Shown here one piece after another: positions 10,693 to 18,881 of a stretch of 64,000 bases of DNA. The notes under the pieces are model-generated. The model worked only from the letters and a program-made list of their open reading frames with translations. It ran no database searches and was not told where the DNA came from. Source of the stretch: an uncultured delta proteobacterium (GTDB lineage Bacteria; Desulfobacterota; Binatia; DP-6); NCBI GenBank assembly GCA_963815115.1, contig CAWFFN010000007.1:352001-416000 (forward strand), read 5' to 3'. The stretch's first letter is position 1. The number at the start of each line of letters is the position of its first letter. A program made the position numbers and the translations under genes.

Positions 10693-11427
10693 ATGCGCAT
10701 TCACAGCCCGAGCAGACGGACGATGCCCGCCTACAAGCCCCCCAAGGTCGAACCCGCTTCCACCTCCTCCGTCGATTCGCCGCCGCAAGCGTCCTGGCTC
10801 GAAGAGACCGCTGCGCAGGATCGCGTGATCGCCGAGATCTCCCACGAGCTCGGAAACCTGTTCCACAAGCTCTACTACTGGGCCGAGTTCCTCCAGGAGC
10901 GGCGCGGCGACCATGCGAGCGACGCGCCGGCGGTCCAGATGCTCACGCAGACGGTCGGGGGCCTGGAAGAGTTCTTGAAGGGCGTGCTCGACTACTTCCG
11001 TCCCCTCAAGTTGTCGCCGATCCGGATGGCCGTCGCCGACCTGATCGCAGGCATGGTGATCCAGATGCGTTCGCAGCTCCTCGGCTGGCCGGTACGCGTG
11101 AGCGATTCCGGAGCGTGGGACCAACGCAGCGTGCTGATCGACCCCGTCCGTCTCCCCGCGGTCCTGCTCGCGGCGGGACGACGTCTCACCGAGCGCGCGC
11201 CGGCGGGCAGCGGCGTCCACATCGCGTTCCACGCGCTGTCGGACGGCGTCGAGGTGACCTTCCGCGTCGAGGGCGCCGGCGGGACGCCGGGGCTGCAGAG
11301 CGCCGCGACATGCATCGAGTGGGGAGTGGCGGAGCGCATCGTCGCTCTCCACGGCGGGCGGCTTCGCGAGTGCGCCGCCGCCGACGGTCCGCACGCGCTC
11401 GTGCTCTTCCTGCCATTTCAGCATTGA
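10693..11427 (+). CDS. Histidine kinase-like protein without sensor domain and with degenerate ATPase domain
   Basis: H-box EISHELGNLF; C-terminal AERIVALHGG retained but no recognisable N/G1/G2 boxes; start uncertain (10552, 10693 or 10723). Confidence 0.7.
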   Translation: MRIHSPSRRTMPAYKPPKVEPASTSSVDSPPQASWLEETAAQDRVIAEISHELGNLFHKLYYWAEFLQERRGDHASDAPAVQMLTQTVGGLEEFLKGVLDYFRPLKLSPIRMAVADLIAGMVIQMRSQLLGWPVRVSDSGAWDQRSVLIDPVRLPAVLLAAGRRLTERAPAGSGVHIAFHALSDGVEVTFRVEGAGGTPGLQSAATCIEWGVAERIVALHGGRLRECAAADGPHALVLFLPFQH

Positions 11428-11438
11428 TCTCGAGGTTC

Positions 11439-12872
11439 ATGATGGAAACCCGCATCCTCATCGTCGACGACGATCCCTTCATCTGCCGGCAGCTCGAAGA
11501 GCTGTACACCTCGCAGCGCTACGCCGTCGCCTGCGCGCCCAATTCGACCGAGGCGCTGCGCCTGCTCGGGGAGCAGGAGTTCGCGCTGGCCGTGGTGGAC
11601 CTCAAGATCCCCGGTACGGACGGGATCGGCCTCACGCGGGAGATCCGCGACCGCTGGCCCGATCTCGACGTGATCATGATCACCGGCTACGCCAGCATCA
11701 AGGGCGCGGTCGAGGCGATCAAGCAGGGAGCCAGCGACTACATCACCAAGCCGTTCCAGAAGGAGGAGATCCTCCTCGCCACGGAGAAGATCCTCGAGAA
11801 ACGCCGCCTGCTGGACGAGATCAACTACCTGCGCAGCCAGCTGTCTGATCGCTACTCGTTCGCCAACATGGTGAGCCGCAACCGGGTGATGCACGAGATC
11901 TTCGAGACCATCAGCGTCCTGGCGCAGAACGACGCGACGGTGTTGATCTACGGCGAGTCGGGAACCGGGAAGGAGCTGGCGGCCCGTGCCATTCACTTCC
12001 AGGGCAAGCGCAAGAGTGGCCGCTTCGTCGCCATCAACTGTGCGGCGTTCCCCGACACGCTGCTCGAGAGCGAGCTCTTCGGGTACGAGCGCGGCGCGTT
12101 CACCGGCGCGATCCACGATCGCGTCGGCAAGATCGAGCTGTCGAGCGGCGGCACCCTGTTCCTCGACGAGATCGAGAGCATCTCGCTCAACATGCAGCTG
12201 AAGCTGCTGCGTGTGCTCGAGGAACGCGAGGTCGAGAAGCTCGGTTCGAACCGACGCATCAAGGTCAACATGCGGATCATCTGCGCGACCAACATGGACC
12301 TGGCTCAGGGCGTCGCCGAGGGCCGCATGCGCGAAGACTTCTACTATCGCATCAACGTGGTCCCGCTACGCATCCCGCCGCTGCGTGAACGGATCGAGGA
12401 CATCCCGTTGCTGGTCGGAGAGTTCCTCCGCAACAGCGAGATGGCTCGCGAGAAGGGGATCAACCGCCTGTCGAACAAGGCGCTGTCTCAGCTGATGAGC
12501 TACGCGTGGCCCGGCAACGTACGCGAGCTGGGCAACGTCATCGAGCGAGCCATCCTGCGGACCAGCGGATCGGTGATCCGCGAGGTCGACCTGCCCGGCC
12601 ATTCCAGCGTGGGCCGGGAGACCAGCAACGGCAACGGCCGGCAGGCGGGCTACGACTACGAGGTCCCGCTGAAGGAATACCTCCGGCGGGCGGAGAAGGA
12701 CTACCTGGCCCGCGTGCTGCGGAAGTACCGGGGGGGCATCAACCTGTCCGCGAAGCATGCTCTGGTGGATGCGGCGACGCTGCACCGGAAGATGAAGCTG
12801 CACGGGCTGCGCCGCGAGGAGTATCGCTTCCGGGGCAAGCTGGACGGCAGCGAGGCGATCGGGACCACGTGA
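11439..12872 (+). CDS. sigma54-dependent response regulator (NtrC/AtoC family: REC-AAA+-HTH)
   Basis: RILIVDDD receiver; GESGTGKE Walker A; ESELFGYERGAFTGA; WPGNVREL; C-terminal Fis-type HTH. Confidence 0.96.
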   Translation: MMETRILIVDDDPFICRQLEELYTSQRYAVACAPNSTEALRLLGEQEFALAVVDLKIPGTDGIGLTREIRDRWPDLDVIMITGYASIKGAVEAIKQGASDYITKPFQKEEILLATEKILEKRRLLDEINYLRSQLSDRYSFANMVSRNRVMHEIFETISVLAQNDATVLIYGESGTGKELAARAIHFQGKRKSGRFVAINCAAFPDTLLESELFGYERGAFTGAIHDRVGKIELSSGGTLFLDEIESISLNMQLKLLRVLEEREVEKLGSNRRIKVNMRIICATNMDLAQGVAEGRMREDFYYRINVVPLRIPPLRERIEDIPLLVGEFLRNSEMAREKGINRLSNKALSQLMSYAWPGNVRELGNVIERAILRTSGSVIREVDLPGHSSVGRETSNGNGRQAGYDYEVPLKEYLRRAEKDYLARVLRKYRGGINLSAKHALVDAATLHRKMKLHGLRREEYRFRGKLDGSEAIGTT

Positions 12873-12999
12873 ATACCCGTTGGTACGGGCCATCGGGTCT
12901 AGGCTATCGAGCATCGGTGAGCGGGATTGCACGAGCGCCACACCAAAGCCCTGAACCGGGGCGATTCGGCGAGGCATTCATGGCACCAAAACACATGAT

Positions 13000-13012
13000 A
13001 ATCAGTAACTTA
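13000..13012 (+). promoter_or_regulatory. IHF-like site
   Basis: AATCAGTAACTTA, one mismatch to WATCAANNNNTTR, upstream of a sigma54 motif. Confidence 0.5.
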
Positions 13013-13034
13013 CATCACCGTATGCGTTGGTCCG

Positions 13035-13050
13035 TGGCATTGAAATTGCT
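13035..13050 (+). promoter_or_regulatory. sigma54 (-24/-12) promoter of the EPS operon
   Basis: TGGCAT-TGAAA-TTGCT, near-perfect consensus. Confidence 0.8.
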
Positions 13051-13066
13051 GACCTTCGATACGGTC

Positions 13067-13861
13067 ATGAGTACGACCGAGGTTCGATCTGGACTCGGGG
13101 AGCCGGTCTCTGGGCGTTCCTCGGGTGGATTCGCGCACCCCGCGGTCCGGGCAGTCCAACTGTGCGTGCTGGCAGTCGGTATGCTGGCGGTGCTCGGTGG
13201 GTGCGGCGGGAGCCGGCCCCCGCAGGTCCCCTCCATGGCTCTTCTTCCGCCTCCGCCGCCGACGCCCGGGCCGGACTATCACATCCAGCTCGGCGACACC
13301 TTGAAGGTGGCCTTCCTGTTCCAGCCGGAGAACGACATCGATCTCGTGGTGCGGCCCGACGGGCGCATCTCGCTGGCTGCCGCCGGGGAGGTCGAGGCGG
13401 TCGGCAAGACCGAACAGGAGCTCGAGGAGGTCATCAAGGAGCGCGCCTCGTCGCATCTCCGGGATCCCGTCGTGACGGTCACGGTGACCAAGGTCGGCAC
13501 GCAGAATATCTACGTGGGAGGCGAGGTCCTGCGCCCCGGCGTCGTGGCCCTGGTCCCGGGAATGACGCCCTTGCAGGCCGTGATGGAGCAGGGCGGCTTC
13601 CGTCCCACGGCCAAGCGCGACAGCGTGGTGCTCATCGTGCCGACCGCCGACGGCAAGTTCTCGGCGTCGCGCATCAATCTCGAGCAGGTGCTCACCGACG
13701 GCGTGCCCGAGCGCGTCCGCCTTCGGCCGAACGCGGTCGTCTTCGTGCCGAAGACCTGGGTCGCCAACGCCGGCGACGTCGTCGACCTGTACGTCCGCGG
13801 GCTCATCCCGGCGCTGCCGCGCGTCGGCGTCGGGTACTCGCTGAACAACAACAACCAGTAG
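13067..13861 (+). CDS. wza: Polysaccharide export (OPX/Wza) family lipoprotein
   Basis: Lipobox LGGC; DYHIQLGDTL...VRPDGRISL...GEVLRPG (Poly_export plus SLBB); start approximate. Confidence 0.88.
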   Translation: MSTTEVRSGLGEPVSGRSSGGFAHPAVRAVQLCVLAVGMLAVLGGCGGSRPPQVPSMALLPPPPPTPGPDYHIQLGDTLKVAFLFQPENDIDLVVRPDGRISLAAAGEVEAVGKTEQELEEVIKERASSHLRDPVVTVTVTKVGTQNIYVGGEVLRPGVVALVPGMTPLQAVMEQGGFRPTAKRDSVVLIVPTADGKFSASRINLEQVLTDGVPERVRLRPNAVVFVPKTWVANAGDVVDLYVRGLIPALPRVGVGYSLNNNNQ

Positions 13862-13886
13862 TCGGACGGAGAGGAACGAAGACGAC

Positions 13887-15377
13887 ATGGCGACCCTCCA
13901 GACCCTCCCCGACGCAACCACGTTCCTCCCGGCTTCGGGAGGCGCAACCTCGCCGGTCGCAATACGCAGCGTCCTGTATGCCGTCTTCAAGCACCGGAGG
14001 CTCGTGCTCGGCATCCTGGCGATGGTGTTCCTGGGCTCGGCTCTGGCCGCGTTCCTCCGGCCGCGCACGTGGCTCGCCAGCAGCAAGGTGCTGGTGAAGC
14101 TCGGTGAGACGGTGCAGCTCGCACCCGCCGAGGCGCCGTCTCGCAGCGTCAACCTCCCCCTCAACCAGGACGTGGTGAAGACGGAAGCGGACATCATCAA
14201 GAGCCAGTCGGTGATCGCGGAAGCGGTCCGGCGTCTCGGCATTCAGCCCGAGCCGGGCACCGACATGGACGAGCTCCTCGCGGCGATGCAGCTCGCCACC
14301 ACCGTGACGCAGAACCCCGGTGGCAACATCCTGCAGATCAACTTCCTGGGCAGGGATCCGAAGCGGGCCGCGCGCAACGCGAATGCCATCACGGACGTGT
14401 ACATCGAGCACCACAACCAGGTGTACGGGAAGTCCGGAGTATCCGAGTTCTACCGCGAGCAGCTCAACGTGCTCGAGGGGCAGATGGGCCAGGCGGAGCG
14501 ACGCCTGAAGCAGTTCCTCGCGAGGAACAACATCGTCGACGCCGAGACCGAGATCAAGCTGCTCGCGGAGGACGAGATCGAGCAGGAGAAGGGGCTCCAG
14601 GCGCACCTGGCCAAGATCTCCGCGCTGCGCAAGAAGCTCAAGACCATCGAGGGGCAGCTGGCCAATACCCCGGAGCAGATCGCGTGGGGTGAGGAATACA
14701 CCACGAATCCCACGGCGCTCACCTACAAGAACAAGCTCGCCGAGCTCGAGGTGAGCCGGGCCAACGTCCTCCAGCGCTATATGCCGAACGACCGGCACGT
14801 GGTCGACTTCGACGAGCAGATCGCGGGTCTCAAGAATCGCCTGAGGGCCGAGCAGGACAAGCTGCTGAGCAAGCAGACGATGCGAACCAGCCTGCTCAAC
14901 ATGGACCTCAAGCGCGGGGTATTCTCGATCCAGGCGCTGCTCGCCGACGCGGAGGCGCGCAAGCCCGATCTGTGGCGTCGGCTGAAGGGCACCCAGAAGC
15001 ACCTCAAGACGCTGCGCCAGCTGAGCTTCCAGGTGGCCAACCTGCAGGACGAGGCCGACCGTAAGAAGTACGCCTACCAGCTGTACTGGAAGAAGCACGA
15101 AGAGGCTCGCGCCACCGAGGCCATGAGCGAGCAGAGCATGGTGAGCGTCAGCGTGGTCGATCGCGCGGTACCGCCGATCGATCCCCAGAACCCGCCGTGG
15201 ATACCGTTGGTCCTCGGGCTCTTTGCCGGGCTCGTGCTCGGCACGGCGACGGCAGTGGCGGTCGAGTTCCTGAATCGCCGCCTCCGCTTCGAGCAGGAGG
15301 TCGAGCACTATCTCGAGCTTCCCGTGCTCGCCGTGATTCCGGACCTGGACCACGTCCCCGATTTCGCGCGCGGATGA
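13887..15377 (+). CDS. Polysaccharide co-polymerase / chain-length determinant (Wzz/GumC type)
   Basis: Two TM segments flanking a long coiled coil; VVDRAVPP; LELPVLAVIP. Confidence 0.9.
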   Translation: MATLQTLPDATTFLPASGGATSPVAIRSVLYAVFKHRRLVLGILAMVFLGSALAAFLRPRTWLASSKVLVKLGETVQLAPAEAPSRSVNLPLNQDVVKTEADIIKSQSVIAEAVRRLGIQPEPGTDMDELLAAMQLATTVTQNPGGNILQINFLGRDPKRAARNANAITDVYIEHHNQVYGKSGVSEFYREQLNVLEGQMGQAERRLKQFLARNNIVDAETEIKLLAEDEIEQEKGLQAHLAKISALRKKLKTIEGQLANTPEQIAWGEEYTTNPTALTYKNKLAELEVSRANVLQRYMPNDRHVVDFDEQIAGLKNRLRAEQDKLLSKQTMRTSLLNMDLKRGVFSIQALLADAEARKPDLWRRLKGTQKHLKTLRQLSFQVANLQDEADRKKYAYQLYWKKHEEARATEAMSEQSMVSVSVVDRAVPPIDPQNPPWIPLVLGLFAGLVLGTATAVAVEFLNRRLRFEQEVEHYLELPVLAVIPDLDHVPDFARG

Positions 15378-15393
15378 TACTCGGAAGAGCGAC

Positions 15394-16227
15394 ATGAGCC
15401 GGATATACGACGCACTGAAGAAGCTCGAGGCGGAGAGCGGCAAGAGCGGTCACCACAACGGCGGCGGCAACGGGACGAATGGGTCCGGTGGCAACGGCAA
15501 CGGCAATGGACGCAAGGGCTGGCGCCCCTGGCCGTTCCGCCGTGGTGCCAGGGAGAGGCCCGCTCCGACGGCGATCAACTTCGAGCTCGGGCCCGAGGTC
15601 GAGGAAGCCTATCAGCGGCTCGGAACGAACCTCCTGGTGTCCCCGGGGCAGCTGGCGACCGATCATCCGAAGCTGCTCGGCGTGGTTGCGGCGGGCCACG
15701 GCGAGGGCGCGACGACCACCGCGGGCGTATTCGCGTCGATCCTGGTCCGCCGCCGTGGCGGGCGGGTGGTCGTCGTGGAAGGGAACATGCGCTCGCCCTC
15801 GTTCGAGACGGCGTTCGGCGTCAAGCCGGCGCCGGGGCTGGCCGAGATGATCCAGGGACAGGCGACGCTGGCCGCGGCCGCCCAGGCGACCTCCGTATCG
15901 AATCTGTTCGCGATCGCCGCGGGCCGCTCGACCGCTGCGCCCGTCGCCCTGTTCGACTCGCCGGGCTTGCCCGCGGCGTTCGCGCAGCTCCGCGAGAACT
16001 TCGACTTCGTCATCGTCGACCTCCCACCGGTCAACGTCTACGGCGATTCGCTGATCGTCGGGCCTCATCTCGATGCCGCGATCATCGTCATCGAGGCGGA
16101 CGCGACTCGTGTCCCGGACATCGAACGGGCGCGGCGAAAGCTCGAGCGTTGCGGGGTGCGCTTCGTTGGCTCCGTGCTGAACCGCCAGCGAAACTACATC
16201 CCGGCATTCATCGAGGAGATGCTGTGA
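15394..16227 (+). CDS. CpsD/CapB-family BY-kinase homologue with atypical Walker A
   Basis: MSRIYDALKK start; EEAYQRLGTNL; GHGEGATTT; FDFVIVDLPPV; GSVLNR. Confidence 0.85.
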   Translation: MSRIYDALKKLEAESGKSGHHNGGGNGTNGSGGNGNGNGRKGWRPWPFRRGARERPAPTAINFELGPEVEEAYQRLGTNLLVSPGQLATDHPKLLGVVAAGHGEGATTTAGVFASILVRRRGGRVVVVEGNMRSPSFETAFGVKPAPGLAEMIQGQATLAAAAQATSVSNLFAIAAGRSTAAPVALFDSPGLPAAFAQLRENFDFVIVDLPPVNVYGDSLIVGPHLDAAIIVIEADATRVPDIERARRKLERCGVRFVGSVLNRQRNYIPAFIEEML

Positions 16228-16266
16228 AGCCGAGGCTCTAGGCCTCGTGTGCCGCCGTGATTTCAG

Positions 16267-17748
16267 ATGCCCGCGACTTCCGTCCCGAGCCGACCAGCCG
16301 CTGGCAACCCCGCCCTGATCCGGATCGCGATCGCGTTGGCATTGCCGGCGTTCGGAGCCGCGACGGTCGCGGGAACGCTCCTCGGTAAAGAGGTCATCGT
16401 CACCGCCGGATGGCTGGCGCTGGCGATTTCCGGTCTCCTCTTCATCCGTCCGGTCATCGGCATCGCCGTCATGACCGTGCTCTTCCTCCTGGCGGCGTAC
16501 CCGACGCTGCTCCAATCGCTCGGCTTTCTCACCATCAACAACCTGCTCGGGCTCTGCCTGGTCGTCCTGCTGGCGGCCCGGATCATCGAGACGCGAGATT
16601 TCTCGTTCCTCCGCATCCGTCAGGTGCGGATCCTGATCTTGATCGGTCTCCTGCTCCTGCTCGGCACCTACATGGCGGGGGTCCAGTTCCCGATGCTGCA
16701 GGCGACCGTCGGCAAGACGAAGGTCCTCGACAAGACGTCGGACATGGGCCACGACTTCGTCGCCCGCCTCGCCTATCTGATCTTCTTCGCCGTGTTCGTC
16801 CGCAGCCGGTCCGACGTGAGGATCATGTGCCTGGTCTTCATGCTCGGCCTGTACGCGGCCGTTCCGTCGGCGCTGGTGAACTGGTGGCAGGGCACGCTCA
16901 ACCGCGGCTTCCGCGTCGAGGCGAGCCTGACGTCCGGCTCCAACCCGAACCGGCTCGGAATGATCTGTCTCATCCAGATGATCCTGTGGTGGTTCTGGGC
17001 CCAGACGCGGCCAGGGGTCCTGCGCCAGGTGATCGCGTTCGGCGCCGTCGCTACGGCAGGGCTGGTCCTGCTCGCCACGGGCTCGCGGAGCGGACTGCTC
17101 GGCCTGGGATTCGTGGCGTTGATTCTCCAGACCGGGCCGCGACGGTTCCGGCTGCCCGCGGTCCAGGTGGCGCTGTTCGCGGTCCTGGGCGTCATCGCGA
17201 TCATCGCCATCGTGCCGGCGGAAACCTGGCAGCGCATGTCCACGCTGATGCCGGAGAAGGGGCAGATCGGAGCGACCTCGAACCAGATGCGCGAGGAGAC
17301 CCTGGAGCGTGCCTGGCAGGTGGCACAGGACTATCCGGTCTTCGGCGTCGGCCTCGGCAACTTCCGCGAGGTGACGCGGCAGGTCTACAAGGACGACTTC
17401 TTCCGGCCCCCCCACAACTCCTATCTGTGGGCCATGTGCGAGGGCGGCATCTTCGTCCTGGCCGCCTACCTCTGGCTCTTCTGGGTCACCTGGCAGGACC
17501 TGAAGCACGTCAGGCGGTACGCCCACCGCGACCCCGAGTTCGAGATCTGGGCGACCGCCATCCGGATGGTGTTCCTCCTGTTCTTCTTCTATTCGGCGTT
17601 TGCCGACCTCTGGCTGAACCCCTTGTGCTATGTCCTCATCGGGCTGGTGATCTCCATGCGCCAATACGTCGACACGACGCTGATCTCGCAGTCGGAGCGA
17701 GTTCCGGAGCCGCGCTCAGTGAGACTCGCCGGGCGGGCGGCTGCGTGA
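16267..17748 (+). CDS. O-antigen ligase/polymerase (Wzy_C/WaaL) family protein
   Basis: Multi-TM; NPNRLG, TGSRSG, PVFGVGLGNF and PHNSYL motifs. Confidence 0.9.
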   Translation: MPATSVPSRPAAGNPALIRIAIALALPAFGAATVAGTLLGKEVIVTAGWLALAISGLLFIRPVIGIAVMTVLFLLAAYPTLLQSLGFLTINNLLGLCLVVLLAARIIETRDFSFLRIRQVRILILIGLLLLLGTYMAGVQFPMLQATVGKTKVLDKTSDMGHDFVARLAYLIFFAVFVRSRSDVRIMCLVFMLGLYAAVPSALVNWWQGTLNRGFRVEASLTSGSNPNRLGMICLIQMILWWFWAQTRPGVLRQVIAFGAVATAGLVLLATGSRSGLLGLGFVALILQTGPRRFRLPAVQVALFAVLGVIAIIAIVPAETWQRMSTLMPEKGQIGATSNQMREETLERAWQVAQDYPVFGVGLGNFREVTRQVYKDDFFRPPHNSYLWAMCEGGIFVLAAYLWLFWVTWQDLKHVRRYAHRDPEFEIWATAIRMVFLLFFFYSAFADLWLNPLCYVLIGLVISMRQYVDTTLISQSERVPEPRSVRLAGRAAA

Positions 17749-18881
17749 CCGTCCGGGTCGCCCTGTTTGCGCCCTTGCTCGGAACCGGGGGGACGCAGCG
17801 CCATCTCCAGCAAGTGCTCGCCTTGCTCGATCCTGCACGCTTCGCCGTCCAGGTCTTCACGTTGCGGCCCGGGGGCGAGGTCGAGGACGAGCTGCGGGCC
17901 AGCGGCGTGAGCGTGCGCTCGCTCAGCGTCGGCGGGCGATTGTCCTCGCCGCGCACGCTGCGGGCGATCGTCGCGACGGCGCAAGCGCTGCGGCGCGCCC
18001 GCGTCGACGTCGTGCACGGCTATCAGTGGCGCCCGGCGCTGGTGGGCGCGCTGGCGGGACGGCTTGCCGGGGTGCCGCTGCGTCTCGCGAGCAAGCGGAG
18101 TCTCACGGGTGAGGATCGCCAGGCCGGGCGGGCCTGGCGCCACATCGCCCGCCAGGTCGACACGGTGATCGTCAACGCGGACGCGTTGCGCGTCGAGGGC
18201 GAGCAACGCGGCATGCAGTGCCGCTGGGTGCTGCTCCAGAACGGAGTCGACACGGAGCACTTCCGGCTCGCTCCTCCCGACCCGGCTGCCCGTGCCGCGC
18301 TCGGCCTCGATCCGCAGCGCCCGGTCGTCGGCACGATCGGACGTCTCGAGGATCGCAAGGGCCACGACCATCTTCTCCGCGCGGCGGGAGCCATGCTCGC
18401 GGTCGGGAACGGCCGGCGGCCCCAGATCGTCATCGTCGGCGACGGCCCCTTGCGCGAGAGCCTGCGACAGCAGGCCCGGTCGCTCGGCGTGGCCGACAGC
18501 GTGCGATTCGTCGGGACGGTGGCGGACGTGCGTCCGTCCCTCGCGGCGATGGACGTCTTCGTGCTGCCGTCGAACGCCGAAGGCATGTCGAACGCGCTGA
18601 TGGAGGCCATGGCGGCGGCGCGTCCGGTGGTGGCGACGGCAGTGGGAGGAAACACCGAGGTGGTGATCGACGGGAAGACGGGCGTGCTGATACCGCCCGC
18701 AGACCCGGCGGCGATCGCAGATGCCATCGGTGGCTTGCTGCGCGATCCCGATCGCGCAGCGGTGCTCGGCGCGGCGGCGCGCGAGTTCGTCACCCGGGGG
18801 TTCGGCGCCCGTGCCCGGGTGGCGGAGCTCGAGCAGCTGTACGAGGAGCGCCTCGCGCTCCGAACCAGGAGGGCGGCGTGA
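17745..18881 (+). CDS. Glycosyltransferase family 4
   Basis: GGTQRH; NGVD; KGHD; EGMSNALMEAMA; GTGA overlap with the upstream stop. Confidence 0.92.
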   Translation: MTVRVALFAPLLGTGGTQRHLQQVLALLDPARFAVQVFTLRPGGEVEDELRASGVSVRSLSVGGRLSSPRTLRAIVATAQALRRARVDVVHGYQWRPALVGALAGRLAGVPLRLASKRSLTGEDRQAGRAWRHIARQVDTVIVNADALRVEGEQRGMQCRWVLLQNGVDTEHFRLAPPDPAARAALGLDPQRPVVGTIGRLEDRKGHDHLLRAAGAMLAVGNGRRPQIVIVGDGPLRESLRQQARSLGVADSVRFVGTVADVRPSLAAMDVFVLPSNAEGMSNALMEAMAAARPVVATAVGGNTEVVIDGKTGVLIPPADPAAIADAIGGLLRDPDRAAVLGAAAREFVTRGFGARARVAELEQLYEERLALRTRRAA

